A stretch of 64,000 nt of DNA. Origin: Planctomycetota bacterium (GTDB lineage: Bacteria > Planctomycetota > UBA8108 > SXIK01). Numbering within the stretch: position 1 is the first letter of the stretch; each line of letters starts with the position of its first letter. The notes under the pieces were generated by a model. That model was not told the DNA's origin, did no database searches, and saw only the letters and a program-made list of their open reading frames with translations. The position numbers and the translations under genes are program-made. Shown here piece by piece: positions 1 to 11,920 of this stretch. Location: the NCBI GenBank assembly GCA_965223265.1, contig OZ244999.1, positions 4,096,001 to 4,160,000 of the forward strand. The letters run 5' to 3'.

Positions 1-261
1 CTTCATAGTTTGCGGTGGCTTGCTCACTCAAATAGTGTAGACCGCGATGGATGTTGGCGTTTTCGTGTGAATAGTATTGCGACACACGCTCGATCACCCG
101 GCGCGGTTTCTGTGTGGTCGCGGCGTTGTCCAAGTAGACGAGTTCTCGCCCACGAGGCCGAACGTCGAGCACGGGAAACTCAGCGCGAATCGCCTCGAGG
201 TCGAGCTGCGGCCCTCGCCCCTGACGTCCTTGCTCTCCGCCGGCCCGATCTGTTAGCGCTC

Positions 262-1698
262 TCATGCTCCGTCGTCCTGCTGATTCCGTGATCCGTTGAG
301 GCTGTCCGTGGGGCTAAATCCCTGCGGCAATCGATCAAACAGACGCTTCTCCAGCGCCCCCCTGAGATCCTCCACCGTCACGGTCGAGAGCACGTCGGCG
401 GCGAACGCATAGGTGAGAAGCGCTTCTGCGCTCGCACGACTCAGGCCGCGAGACCGGAGGTAGAAAACCGCTTCACGGTCAAGTTCGCCGACGGTCGCAC
501 CGTGAGTGCACTTGACATCATCAGCGTAGATCTCGAGCTCGGGCTTACTGTTCATCACCGCACTGCGCGAGAGGAGCAGGCTCTGATTCGACTGTTTTGC
601 GTCCGTCTTCTGGGCGTCCTGAGCGACGTAAATCTTACCGTTGAAAACCCCCGTTGCGCGGTCACACAAGATGTTCTTGTAGACCTCCCAGCTTCGACAA
701 TTCGGCTGCGCATGAACGATGCGAGTCTGGTTGTCCACATGCTCGTTCTCGCGCGCAACGACCAGGCCATTCAGGGTACATTCGGCCTCTTCCGCGCTCA
801 GTACGACGTCGACATTGTTGCGAACCAACCCACCACCTAGGCAAACAGAGAGAGACGAGAACTTGCTTCCATGCGACTGCACCGCCGCGACACTGCCGAG
901 ATGGTACGAGCCTGCCGTCTCGCACACGATCCGATAGTGATCGACCGTGGCGCTTTCAGCGGCGAAGAATTCGGTTACGGGATTAGTCAGTGCGGAACCC
1001 GATTCCAATCCGACGTACTCTTCGACAAACGTCAAATGCGCGTCCGTCTCAGCGACGATCAAATTGCGCGGATACTGGGCCGTTGGAGACGAGCCGCCGG
1101 TCGCTACGAAAACAGTATGGATCGGTTCCGGCACTTTTACCCCGCGCGGGACGTGGACGAACACGCCGTCCTGCATGTAGGCAGTATTGAGCGCGACGGT
1201 GCTGCGCTTCTCGACGCCCGCGCATGTTGACAGGCGTCTCTTCACCTCGGGGTCCGAGGCGAGAGAATCTCGTAGCGACACCACCTTGACGCCTGACGGC
1301 AGATCCCCGACGGAAGAATGCTCCGGGCAAAAACAGCCGTCGACGAAAAGCAAGCGAGTGCCCGCCAAACGAGATGTCAGCGCCTCCCAGTCGAGGTCGC
1401 CTCCTTCGGTGCGGGAGCGCGACTCGGCCCGAGTCCAACTCACAGGCTGAAACTCGATGCGTCCGAGCGGCTGAAGGTTGGTGTACTTCCAGTCTTCGTC
1501 GCGAACGGTCGGCAGACCCGTGTTTTCGAATCGCGCAATGCCTTGCCGCCGCAATGCGCCGACCCATTCCGACTCCTGCGCCGACGCGAGTGAGGCAAAC
1601 GCATCGAAATCCGCCACGAAGTTCCCCACAGCCTTCGCCCTCGCCGGACGGTTTGCGGTGCCGATTTTTGTTCCCACGTCGTCAGCTCTTGCAATCAT
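262..1698 (-). CDS. sufD: Fe-S cluster assembly protein SufD
   Basis: Motifs EDWKYT, GVFNGKIYV, AQKTDAKQ, KPELEIYADDVKCTHGATVG and YLRSRG; follows sufC with an ATGA overlap. Confidence 0.95.
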   Translation of the reverse strand: MIARADDVGTKIGTANRPARAKAVGNFVADFDAFASLASAQESEWVGALRRQGIARFENTGLPTVRDEDWKYTNLQPLGRIEFQPVSWTRAESRSRTEGGDLDWEALTSRLAGTRLLFVDGCFCPEHSSVGDLPSGVKVVSLRDSLASDPEVKRRLSTCAGVEKRSTVALNTAYMQDGVFVHVPRGVKVPEPIHTVFVATGGSSPTAQYPRNLIVAETDAHLTFVEEYVGLESGSALTNPVTEFFAAESATVDHYRIVCETAGSYHLGSVAAVQSHGSKFSSLSVCLGGGLVRNNVDVVLSAEEAECTLNGLVVARENEHVDNQTRIVHAQPNCRSWEVYKNILCDRATGVFNGKIYVAQDAQKTDAKQSNQSLLLSRSAVMNSKPELEIYADDVKCTHGATVGELDREAVFYLRSRGLSRASAEALLTYAFAADVLSTVTVEDLRGALEKRLFDRLPQGFSPTDSLNGSRNQQDDGA

Positions 1699-2453
1699 TT
1701 CGCGCCCGCAACCTCACTCTCGATCCAAGCGTAGCCCTTCTCTTCCAGCGTCAAGGCCAACTCCTTGGTTCCCGACTTGACGACTTGCCCTCGATAGAGA
1801 ACATGGACAAAGTCTGGCACGATGAAGTTCAGTAGCCGCTGATAGTGCGTGATGACGACGATCGCACGATCCGGGCCGCGTAGCGCGTTCACGCCGTCCG
1901 CGACGATCTTGAGCGCGTCGATATCGAGCCCTGAATCCGTCTCGTCGAGGATCGCAAGCTTCGGTTCAAGAACGGCCATCTGAAAAATCTCGTTACGTTT
2001 CTTCTCGCCACCGGAGAAACCTTCGTTCACCGACCGATTCAAGAGTGCGTCATCAAGCTGCACGACCTGGCTCTTTTCTTTCATCAACGAAAGAAAATCC
2101 ATGGCGTCGAGCTCAGGCTCACCTCGGTGCTTTCGTATCGAGTTGAGCGCTGTCTTTAAGAAGTAGGTGTTGGTGACCCCCGGAACCTCGACGGGGTACT
2201 GAAAAGCGAGGAAGATGCCTTCACAGGCGCGCTCCTCAGGCTCCATGTCGAGGAGGTCTTTACCGTCATAGGTGACTTGGCCGCCTGTCACCTCATAGTC
2301 CTCGTGCCCCGCCAGGACTTTCCCCAACGTGCTCTTGCCGGAGCCGTTCGGCCCCATGATCGCGTGAACTTCACCGGCGTTCACCTGCAGATTAACGCCG
2401 TGCAGGATGGTCGCGCCTTCGGCGCTGGCAGTAAGATTCTTGATTTCTAACAT
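1695..2453 (-). CDS. sufC: Fe-S cluster assembly ABC ATPase SufC
   Basis: Walker A GPNGSGKST, FLAFQYPVEVPGV, NEGFSGGEKKRNE, ILDETDSGLDIDAL; start moved to ATG at 2453 (MLEIKNL). Confidence 0.96.
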   Translation of the reverse strand: MLEIKNLTASAEGATILHGVNLQVNAGEVHAIMGPNGSGKSTLGKVLAGHEDYEVTGGQVTYDGKDLLDMEPEERACEGIFLAFQYPVEVPGVTNTYFLKTALNSIRKHRGEPELDAMDFLSLMKEKSQVVQLDDALLNRSVNEGFSGGEKKRNEIFQMAVLEPKLAILDETDSGLDIDALKIVADGVNALRGPDRAIVVITHYQRLLNFIVPDFVHVLYRGQVVKSGTKELALTLEEKGYAWIESEVAGAK

Positions 2454-2570
2454 AACTCTTTGTTCGTACGTCGTTGTCCACCTCGCCGTCGATAGCACAC
2501 CTGACGATTTCAACCGAACAGGCGGATCTGTCGAGCGACGCGCTGACGTCAAAGTCAGTCGGCGTCTGAA

Positions 2571-4016
<1,446 letters not shown>

Positions 4017-4091
4017 TTGATTCTTCGTCTCCTAACAGTCTGCTTGAAAAAAAGCCTCGCGCTCACCCCGACGTCGCCGCCGCAGGATCGG

Positions 4092-4652
4092 TCACTTGTC
4101 TCCGTTTCCGATACGTGAAAGCGACACCAGGGCGGTGTGCGATGAGGTGGTCTGCTCGGCGGGCTTGTCCAGATCGTCAACTAAACGAAGCAGCACTTCA
4201 ACGTAGCCGCGCATCCAGTCTGCGACACTCTTCTCACTCGCGAGAAGGTCCGCTACGCTCGTGCGGTCGAGAATTGCGTCCAAGACGAGCTGCAGTCCCG
4301 ACCAAAGCGAGCGCACCGAACACTCGCTCGAGTGCACGCAGAACTGGCGGTCGCCGCGGAAACGATCGCACAACTGTGGTTCGTACATCTTGCCGCCGAG
4401 TGCTGCGAGCACCGCGCCAACCGAAATCTCCTCCGGCGGCAGCCTCAAGCGATAGCCGCCCTTGCAGCCACGGACACTCTCGACCAGATCGGCACGCGCG
4501 AGGATGCGAAAGAGCTTGCCCGCGTACTGCACAGACAGCCCTTCCGCGGCAGCGATCGAGCTCACCGTCTGAAAGTCCTGCTCGGCAGCAGTACTGCGCG
4601 CGAGGCCGATGAGGCATCGCAGCCCGTACTCTTCCTGTGCCGTAAACTTCAT
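4092..4652 (-). CDS. Rrf2-family (IscR-like) transcriptional regulator of the suf operon
   Basis: EEYGLRCL, winged-helix SVRGCKGGYRL, C-terminal Cys trio (LCD...FCVH..ECSVRSLW); first gene of the suf operon. Confidence 0.9.
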   Translation of the reverse strand: MKFTAQEEYGLRCLIGLARSTAAEQDFQTVSSIAAAEGLSVQYAGKLFRILARADLVESVRGCKGGYRLRLPPEEISVGAVLAALGGKMYEPQLCDRFRGDRQFCVHSSECSVRSLWSGLQLVLDAILDRTSVADLLASEKSVADWMRGYVEVLLRLVDDLDKPAEQTTSSHTALVSLSRIGNGDK

Positions 4653-4689
4653 AAACTAAACAACTTGCAACACAGATCGAACTGAAAAC

Positions 4690-4760
4690 AGAGTAAAAAC
4701 CTACGGAATTGTATTCTTTCAGCAGCGAAATTCCACAGTTTTGTAGGTTTTTTACACTCT
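4690..4760. promoter_or_regulatory. Putative Rrf2 operator (AT-rich inverted repeat)
   Basis: agagtaaaaacctac (4690-4704) is an imperfect inverted match to gtaggttttttacactct (4743-4760), just upstream of the Rrf2 gene. Confidence 0.5.
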
Positions 4761-4817
4761 GGCCCCCCGGCGCGGCGCAAAAGGGGTGCGAATCCGCCCG
4801 TGCAGACGGCGTCGCGA

Positions 4818-5465
4818 TCAGAGATCCTTCTTGCAGAGGTAAAAGTCGAGCCGCTCGTAGTCAGCGCTCAGTCGGTCATTGACTTCGTCCTCGGTCTTCG
4901 GTGGCGGCACGATGACCTTGTCCCCCGGCCTCCAATTGACCGGACAAGCTACGGACTTTGTGTCCGCCGTCTGCAGTGCGTCGACGGTGCGCAGCACCTC
5001 GTCGACGTTGCGACCGACGTTCAAAGGATAGTAGATGATCGCACGAATTTTTCGACTCGGGTCGATGACAAAGAGCGCGCGCACGGTGACCGTGGCACTC
5101 TCCTCGGGGTGCACCATGCCGTAGAGTTCGGCGACGTTGCGGTTCGAATCTGCCACCAAGGGGTACGGTAGACGCACGCTAAGAATACTCTCGAGGTTCT
5201 GCACCCACGCCAGATGGGAGTGAATACTGTCGACGGAAATCCCCATGAGTTTGACGCCTCGCTGCGCGAACTCATCACTGCGGCGGCCAAATTCCGACAG
5301 CTCGGTCGAACAGACAGGCGTGAAATCAGCCGGATGCGAAAAGAGTACCACCCAGCTATCACCGGCCCAGGACGCGAAATCAAGCTCACCATGGGTGGTT
5401 TGGGCATGAAAATCCGGGGCATCGTCACCTATGCGCGGAATCGGGCGAACGTTTCCATCGCTCAT
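4818..5465 (-). CDS. Peroxiredoxin, Prx6 / 1-Cys type
   Basis: FSHPADFTPVCSTE, YPLNVGRNVDE, CPVNW; RBS aggag upstream. Confidence 0.93.
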   Translation of the reverse strand: MSDGNVRPIPRIGDDAPDFHAQTTHGELDFASWAGDSWVVLFSHPADFTPVCSTELSEFGRRSDEFAQRGVKLMGISVDSIHSHLAWVQNLESILSVRLPYPLVADSNRNVAELYGMVHPEESATVTVRALFVIDPSRKIRAIIYYPLNVGRNVDEVLRTVDALQTADTKSVACPVNWRPGDKVIVPPPKTEDEVNDRLSADYERLDFYLCKKDL

Positions 5466-5920
5466 CTTTCATCTCCTAAAATGTAGCGGCCCGCCTGAAG
5501 ACAGCGACGCGATCGAGAAGCCGAGCCTGTCACGCCTTAGTGCCACACCGAGCCATTCGTGCGAGTCTTCGCGCGCCGAGATCGCTTCGTGCAGGCAAGG
5601 GACGCTCCGAAACCTGCGAACACGGAGAAGCCGAATCGGCGGGCAACGTGTCGACGACAACGACACGAAACCTCTGGGTGCGGGGCCATAGTCGACCGCG
5701 TCAATACTCAAAACCGCAGAGAAAACGTGCGCCTGTGCCCTCGCAGAGCGAGCGGCTGGCAGGCACCCGGGAGTCTCTGAGAATTGCTGAGGACAAGAAT
5801 CGGTCAAATTATACCAAACCCCGAGGGAAGGAAAGAGACGTTCCCTTTGTTCTTGACGCGCCCTCAGAAGGACGAAAAAAATGGGGCCTCTCAGGGACAA
5901 CCACCACGAGGTCCAGCTCC

Positions 5921-7963
5921 ATGCAGGCTTGCACACGCCGCCGTCGCGGCACGGCACTCCACTTCGCCACGCTTTTGTCACTTCTCCTGCTATTGTCACA
6001 TCGATCGCCCACGCGAATCTCAACGGCGGCAGCCGACTCGACGGTGGCGGAGACCGTCGACACTCCACTGCAAAACGACGCGCTCGAGGGGTTTCAGAAG
6101 CCGACTCGAAAGAGCGAGTGGCGTCTCGAAGACGGTGTACTCACCGGCTCGACAGGTCCCGGGGTCCTCGCGACGCGGGCAAGCTACACGCATTTCGAGC
6201 TCGAATTCGAAGCCATTCTGAACGACCGCGCCAACCGCCGTGGCAACAGCGGCGTCTTCTTTTGGAGTTCCGGGCTCCAAGCCTTTCGCAATCGCTGGCC
6301 CGATGGCCCGGAGGTGCAGCTTGATCACGGCGATCCAAACTTCTGGACGGGTGCAGTCTGGAAACGCGCCAAGGCTCGGCCGACGGGGACCAAGGATGGT
6401 GAGTGGTTTCACATGAGGGTCCGCGCGGTTCGCGGCCTGGTCAGCGTCTGGGTCAACGGCGAGATGGCGACGGAATACGAATACGACGGCGAAGTGCGTA
6501 GCAGCCCGATCGCGTTCCAGATGCACCACCCGTCAAACGTGGTTCGCTTTCGCGATCTGCGCATTCAACGCTTGAGTCCTTCGTCGGAGGCTCCGTGGCC
6601 ACAGTTTCGCGGTCCCAACGCAATCGGCCAGCCGCAGCGCGACCAAACGCTCCCTGACGATCTGACGACCGCATCAAGCCGCCGCTGGCGCACCGCTCTG
6701 CCTCCAGGTCACTCTTCGCCGGTCGTTGCTGCGGGTCGGGTGTTCGTCACGGCGGTGAGAGGCTCTGCGACCGACGTTCAGCTCGTGACGCTCGCACTCG
6801 ACGCGGACAGCGGTGAGATAGAGTGGGAGCGAGCGGCACCGCACAAGGAGCTGGAGCGGGTACACCGGATCGGTAGCTACGCGCAGCCCTCTCCTGCAAG
6901 CGACGGCGACCGTGTTGTCGTCCTCTTCGGCTCGTCCGGTCTGACGTGCTACTCAGTCAACGGAACACAGCTCTGGAGCCGCCCGATGGGGCCGTTCAAC
7001 GATGACTTCGGTGCGGGGGCCTCACCTTTGATCGTGGACGATTGGGTGATTCTCAATCAAGACCATGACACAGGCTCTTTTCTCTCCGCCATTGACAAGC
7101 GCACTGGAAGGACGGTGTGGCGGACAGATCGCTCAGAGTTCCCTCGCGGATACGCGACGCCCGTGGTCTGGGGGCAAGGCGACAGGCGAGAGATCGTGGT
7201 TTGCGGCACCCTCCGGGTCGTTGGCTACGGCCTTCATGCCGGCGATGAAAAGTGGACGGTGCGCGGCATCTCCCGACTGGCCAACATGACTCCGGCGGTA
7301 GGCGCCGACGGCCGCCTCTATGTAGCGGCATGGGCGCCAGGAGGCGATACGACGAATCGTATTTCAGCGCCGCCGTTCGACACCGTCCTCGGCGAATTCG
7401 ACAGCGACGGCAGCGGCGATTTGCAGCCAGGTGAGCTACCTGCCGACGGTCCCATCGGACGACGTTACCGCCAAATCGACCGCGACAAGAACGAAAGGAT
7501 CACGCGCCTCGAATACGACGGCATGCGCGCGATCTTCGCACGGGCACGAAACGTGCTCTTGGCCATCCGACCGGGTGGGCGTGGAGATATCACGAAGAGC
7601 CACGTCGTGTGGACTCACGACCGTCTGCTGCCCTACGTGCCGTCACCCCTCGTCTATGAAGGGCACGTCTACATGATCAAAAACGGCGGCATCTTCTCGG
7701 CCGTCGAGGCAGAGACGGGCAGCCCTATCAAGCACGGCCGCGTCAGCGCCGGCGGCGACTACTACAGCTCACCCGTCGCGGGTGACGGCAGGATCTATCT
7801 GCTCAACCGCGATGGCGAACTGACCATCGTTCGCGCTGGTGCCGACTGGGAAGAGCTTTCCAGCGTTGAGCTCGGCGCCGAGACATTCGCCACGCCTGCG
7901 ATCGCCTCTGGAAGAATCTACGTGCGCACGAATGCGCACCTGCACTGCTTTGGCGATTCATAG
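5921..7963 (+). CDS. Exported DUF1080 domain + PQQ-like (BamB-type) beta-propeller protein with EF-hand-like insert
   Basis: Hydrophobic N-terminus; GNSGVFF / GPEVQL / GEWFHM / FQMH..VRFRDLRI (DUF1080); WPQFRGP, GHSSPVV, YVPSPLV, YYSSPVA, ATPAI (propeller); start uncertain (ORF open from 5540). Confidence 0.85.
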   Translation: MQACTRRRRGTALHFATLLSLLLLLSHRSPTRISTAAADSTVAETVDTPLQNDALEGFQKPTRKSEWRLEDGVLTGSTGPGVLATRASYTHFELEFEAILNDRANRRGNSGVFFWSSGLQAFRNRWPDGPEVQLDHGDPNFWTGAVWKRAKARPTGTKDGEWFHMRVRAVRGLVSVWVNGEMATEYEYDGEVRSSPIAFQMHHPSNVVRFRDLRIQRLSPSSEAPWPQFRGPNAIGQPQRDQTLPDDLTTASSRRWRTALPPGHSSPVVAAGRVFVTAVRGSATDVQLVTLALDADSGEIEWERAAPHKELERVHRIGSYAQPSPASDGDRVVVLFGSSGLTCYSVNGTQLWSRPMGPFNDDFGAGASPLIVDDWVILNQDHDTGSFLSAIDKRTGRTVWRTDRSEFPRGYATPVVWGQGDRREIVVCGTLRVVGYGLHAGDEKWTVRGISRLANMTPAVGADGRLYVAAWAPGGDTTNRISAPPFDTVLGEFDSDGSGDLQPGELPADGPIGRRYRQIDRDKNERITRLEYDGMRAIFARARNVLLAIRPGGRGDITKSHVVWTHDRLLPYVPSPLVYEGHVYMIKNGGIFSAVEAETGSPIKHGRVSAGGDYYSSPVAGDGRIYLLNRDGELTIVRAGADWEELSSVELGAETFATPAIASGRIYVRTNAHLHCFGDS

Positions 7964-8072
7964 TCGCTTTCTCGTCGTTGCGTGAACCGTCTAAACGGCC
8001 TCACGCGAGAGGGAAAAAAAGAGCCGAGCCGACCAATCGCACTGCGGTCGGCCCGGCAGGTCGCAACCAAAT

Positions 8073-8288
8073 TCACCATGGCGTTGGCGGATCGCGCCAA
8101 CGCTGCTGTTCGATCCAGACGCTGAACTCTCGCTCCTCGGTGTGCGAATAGAACCCAGATCGTGCACGTCCGAGGTTGGAGAGCCAACGAACTAGCCGTC
8201 GGATGGTGGACGATCGTCTCGCCCCAGCGCCCTCAGGCGACGGATCGTCAACGGGCAGTGGCTGCTCACCATGGGTCGGGCAACACAT
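8073..8288 (-). CDS. Small hypothetical protein (71 aa)
   Basis: GAGGAG 8 nt before the ATG; protein-like C-terminus (FYSHTEEREFSVWIEQQRW); no recognisable family. Confidence 0.4.
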   Translation of the reverse strand: MCCPTHGEQPLPVDDPSPEGAGARRSSTIRRLVRWLSNLGRARSGFYSHTEEREFSVWIEQQRWRDPPTPW

Positions 8289-8564
8289 GAAAGAGGCTCC
8301 TCTCGTCTCGGATTTCGGTTTGATTTCGACTGCAATCGAGGCAGGGACGTGAACTTCATGGCAAAGGAGTCATGGCCGGCATCTCCCTGCCGCCAGGTCG
8401 GATTGAGGAATCTGCGGCCACGAAGTCCGTGGTACTTTGCGATCAGCGCGTCACGCGATACACCGATGGAGCGGAACGTGGAATCAGAACGAGTCATCGG
8501 AAACCTCCGGAAAAAGAGTGGTGAAAGCGGTGCGCTCACGCCGTCCGCGGCGGGGACGCACCGC

Positions 8565-8598
8565 AAAAAAAAAAACCCGCACGACGAATCGTGCGGGT
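8565..8598 (-). terminator. Intrinsic terminator
   Basis: 10-bp stem acccgcacga/tcgtgcgggt, TTCG loop on the minus strand, followed by an 11-T run. Confidence 0.8.
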
Positions 8599-9197
8599 GA
8601 CAGTTTCGATTTCGTTGACGTTTAAGTCTTCGTCACGTGCCTCCCGCACCTGAAACGATGCCCCCCTTGGTGCCCCAATCGAGAATGCCGAGCATGCTCG
8701 GTCCATCGTTTTGACCACGATGCATCGCTACACTCGTCGGACCGCGGGTATCCACGACTTCGGACCGCGCGAACTCGACGCTGCCGGCCCGGCTCGGGGA
8801 AGCCGACGCACCGGGGCGTGCGGCAGGGGCGTACCGGGGGTGAATCTGGAATCTCATGTTCCGCTGCATCATCACCTCCGGTTGCGGGGATTGAATTCGG
8901 CTTCCAGGTCCCACCTGTCTCGACGTCCTGTTAGGGCGTCACGTGACGGACATGCTCAGTCCGGCCAAAGGTGGGCAACAATCGACGCAGCCTAGTCGCT
9001 CATGACATCCAAGTCAAACTCAAAAACGTTCGGTCGACCTCGTGGAGCCGCCACTGCCGGGCGAGATTCCTATGGGCATTTCGAACGACCAAGCAGCACG
9101 CCTGTGATAGGATGCGCTCATGAAGCGTTTAGAATGCTTCCGACGGCGACAGCAATTGCTCGCCGCCGCCCAAAGGAGGCCTCGAGCACGCACGGCG

Positions 9198-11633
9198 ATG
9201 CGCCTGCGAACGGCACTTGTTCTCGTCACGCTCGGCGCTGCGGGATGGTCGCCGGGAATCGACGCGCAAACGCCGTCTCTTTTCCGCCGCGGCGATATCA
9301 ACGTCGACGGCGCCGTTGACGTGAGCGACGCGATCGGTCTACTCGCCGGCCTTTTTCGAGGCGTCGCCTTGCCACCCTGTGACGACGCCGCCGACGCGAA
9401 CGATAGTGGCGACCTCGATCTCTCCGACGCCATCTTCGTGCTTGGCTATTTGTTTCGCGGCGCCGCGCGGCCACCACATCCTGGACCGAATCTCTGCGGC
9501 CGCGATCCGACACCGGACGAACTAAGCTGTGACGAGTACCTGGCGACCGTGCCCGAATTCAACTGCGAGAACGCCGTTGAACAAGTGTTTCGTGGCCGCT
9601 TCTACGGCAGCATTCTCATCACGCCGATCGTCTCCGATCTCAACGGCGACGGGCGACTCGACGTCATCGGCGTGCGAAACCGCAGCCTGGTCGTGATGCC
9701 TGGCGTCGGAGGCGGCACGTTCGGTGCCCCGAGGAGCTATCCGGCTCCGCGCCCCTCGGATCTCAGACTGCTCGATGTCGATGGCGACGGCATCCGCGAT
9801 GCAGTGACCATCAGCCCTGGAGGCCGTTCACTCAGTGTGTTTCGCGGATTCGAGGACGGCACGTTCGACGACGCCACAACAACTGCGTTCACCGACGAGC
9901 CCGTCGGGTTCGACGCCGGTGACTTGAACGGCGACCTCCGCGGCGACTTCGTCGTCACGGTGCTTTCTGCCGCCGGAATCGCCTCACTCGAAACGTGGAT
10001 CGGCACTCCAGACCTCGCCGCGCTCGAGCGACGCTTCACGACTGTTGTTATTGACACTCCGCGCATCGGAGATGCCGTCGATGGAAACTCACCGCGCCTC
10101 GGAGACTTCAACAGTGATGGCATGAACGACGTCGTCATCGTCGGCGCCGCGCTCAGATTCTTTTGGGGTAGCGGAGATGGCATTCTCACACCAGGACCTA
10201 CGCGACAATTAGCCGAGCCCGCGCACGCGCTGGTTGTCGCCGAGTTCGGGGGTGGGCCAGACGTCGACTTGGCCGTCGCAACGACAACCTCAATCTCCGT
10301 CCTGCGCGGCCTCGGAACTGGTACGTTCGAGGCAGCCACGCAGCTGCCCGTGGAGACAGTGTCTCTTGCAGTCGGCGATGTCGACAGTGATGGCGATGGT
10401 GATATCGTTGCCGATGGCGTAACCCTCCTTCGCAACGACGACGCGCTGCGGTTTACGCTCGTACGCAACGGCTGGCCTGACGCCCGTGGGCCAGCCGCGC
10501 TGCAGGATCTTGATGACGATGGGAACGCGGACCTGGTCGTCCCCGCATCGGGAGGCGTCGTCGTTCTCAAGGGGTCAGGGAGTGCCGACTTTCCAGCGCC
10601 GCACCTCCAACCGACGACGACGCGCCAAACGAACATCGCGGTCGAAGACTTCGACGACGATGCTCGCGTGGATTTCGCCGTGACGTCAGAGAGCAGCGAC
10701 CGAGTGCTGATCTTCCTGGGAAGTGATGGAAACCGTTTTGATACCCTGCAGTCGTTCAGCGTCGGCAGTGATCCATCGTTTGTCCTCGCCGCAGACGTCG
10801 ATGACGATGCCATCACCGACCTCGTAGTGTTGAGCTTGGAAGACGACAGCATGTCCATCTTACTCGGGAGCGGCGACGGCACGTTCTCGCCGCCACGATC
10901 GCAACTCGTGGGAGACTCGCCGCGCGGGGTTGCGGCCGCGGATATCGACGACGACGGCGCGACGGACCTGGTGGTCGCAAACGGTGGGGTGAATTCATTT
11001 TCCCGCGGCTCGCTCCTCGTTCTGCGAGGGTCCGGTCAGGGATCCTTTCCAGAGTCACGCCCTTTGCCTTCGAGTCGGCGCCCGTGGGCGGTGTCGATCG
11101 CGCACGTCAATAGCGATGACGTCCTCGACATCCTCGTGGCAAATGAGCGCTCCTCGACTGTGACGGTCCATGTTGGCACCGGCGATGGGCAGTTTCAGCA
11201 AGCTCGCGATTACTTGGTCGACGTACAGCCGACATCGCTTGCCGTTGGCGATCTTGACGGTGACGGCAACCTCGATTTCGTTACCGGCAACGATCGAGGT
11301 CACAGCGTCACGGCCTACCTGGGGCTCGGTGACGGGCGTTTCGACCGGGCCGGCACATTCGGACTTGGGTTCGAGACAAGCGATATCAGCGTCGTGGATA
11401 TCGATGGCGATGGGCTGGTGGACGTTCTAGCGACAACGAGCGGCACCGGCCAGCTAGCGGTTTTTCGCGGCCATGGCGATGGCTGGCTTTCGCCTCCGGA
11501 GTCTTATCCGGCAGGAGTCGGATCCCGCGCATTTGCGCCGGCCGACGTGGATGGAGATGGCGACTTCGACGTACTGATCACAAACGTCGCCCGCGACGGC
11601 GTGACGGTTCTTGAGAATTCCGCCGTGCGTTAG
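9198..11633 (+). CDS. Secreted FG-GAP/VCBS repeat protein with N-terminal dockerin-like module
   Basis: Signal peptide MRLRTALVLVTLGAAG..IDAQ; FRRGDINVDGAVDVSDA...CDDAADANDSGDLDLSDA...CGRDPTPDELSC; many DxDGDGxxD(L/V)(V/A) repeats. Confidence 0.88.
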   Translation: MRLRTALVLVTLGAAGWSPGIDAQTPSLFRRGDINVDGAVDVSDAIGLLAGLFRGVALPPCDDAADANDSGDLDLSDAIFVLGYLFRGAARPPHPGPNLCGRDPTPDELSCDEYLATVPEFNCENAVEQVFRGRFYGSILITPIVSDLNGDGRLDVIGVRNRSLVVMPGVGGGTFGAPRSYPAPRPSDLRLLDVDGDGIRDAVTISPGGRSLSVFRGFEDGTFDDATTTAFTDEPVGFDAGDLNGDLRGDFVVTVLSAAGIASLETWIGTPDLAALERRFTTVVIDTPRIGDAVDGNSPRLGDFNSDGMNDVVIVGAALRFFWGSGDGILTPGPTRQLAEPAHALVVAEFGGGPDVDLAVATTTSISVLRGLGTGTFEAATQLPVETVSLAVGDVDSDGDGDIVADGVTLLRNDDALRFTLVRNGWPDARGPAALQDLDDDGNADLVVPASGGVVVLKGSGSADFPAPHLQPTTTRQTNIAVEDFDDDARVDFAVTSESSDRVLIFLGSDGNRFDTLQSFSVGSDPSFVLAADVDDDAITDLVVLSLEDDSMSILLGSGDGTFSPPRSQLVGDSPRGVAAADIDDDGATDLVVANGGVNSFSRGSLLVLRGSGQGSFPESRPLPSSRRPWAVSIAHVNSDDVLDILVANERSSTVTVHVGTGDGQFQQARDYLVDVQPTSLAVGDLDGDGNLDFVTGNDRGHSVTAYLGLGDGRFDRAGTFGLGFETSDISVVDIDGDGLVDVLATTSGTGQLAVFRGHGDGWLSPPESYPAGVGSRAFAPADVDGDGDFDVLITNVARDGVTVLENSAVR

Positions 11634-11920
11634 CTTCGAGTTCGGCCCTCTCACGCCTGTCCGACCGGACGATTCGGCGCAGAGCTCAAGTCGCTCACCC
11701 TTCTTTTTCGCCCCTGGGCTCTCGTGCGTAGCCGAACACTTCTGAGCGGCCCTTTGAAGATTGGAGGGTGGCACGTCGCGATGACCGCGGCAGCGGGAGA
11801 AAAGGGCACGCGTTCTGCGGGAACGCCGCCGCGATGTCTGTGCGTTGTCTGCTATAATCGGTGGCTACAGAAGGGTCCACTACGTCGGCAGTACGCGTGC
11901 ATCGTAGGCTGCGTTGCGCT

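Noticed and set aside
1-6. Possible start (ATGAAG, minus strand) of a downstream gene such as sufS
   Set aside because: Only two codons lie in the window, so it cannot be identified
8192-8497. 101-aa minus-strand ORF with GGAGG RBS
   Set aside because: Arg/Ser/Pro-rich, overlaps the 8073-8288 ORF by about 100 nt and has no recognisable motif; mentioned only within the attenuator finding
9737-10882. 381-aa Ser/Pro/Thr-rich antisense ORF
   Set aside because: Mirror of the Asp/Gly-rich FG-GAP repeats on the coding strand
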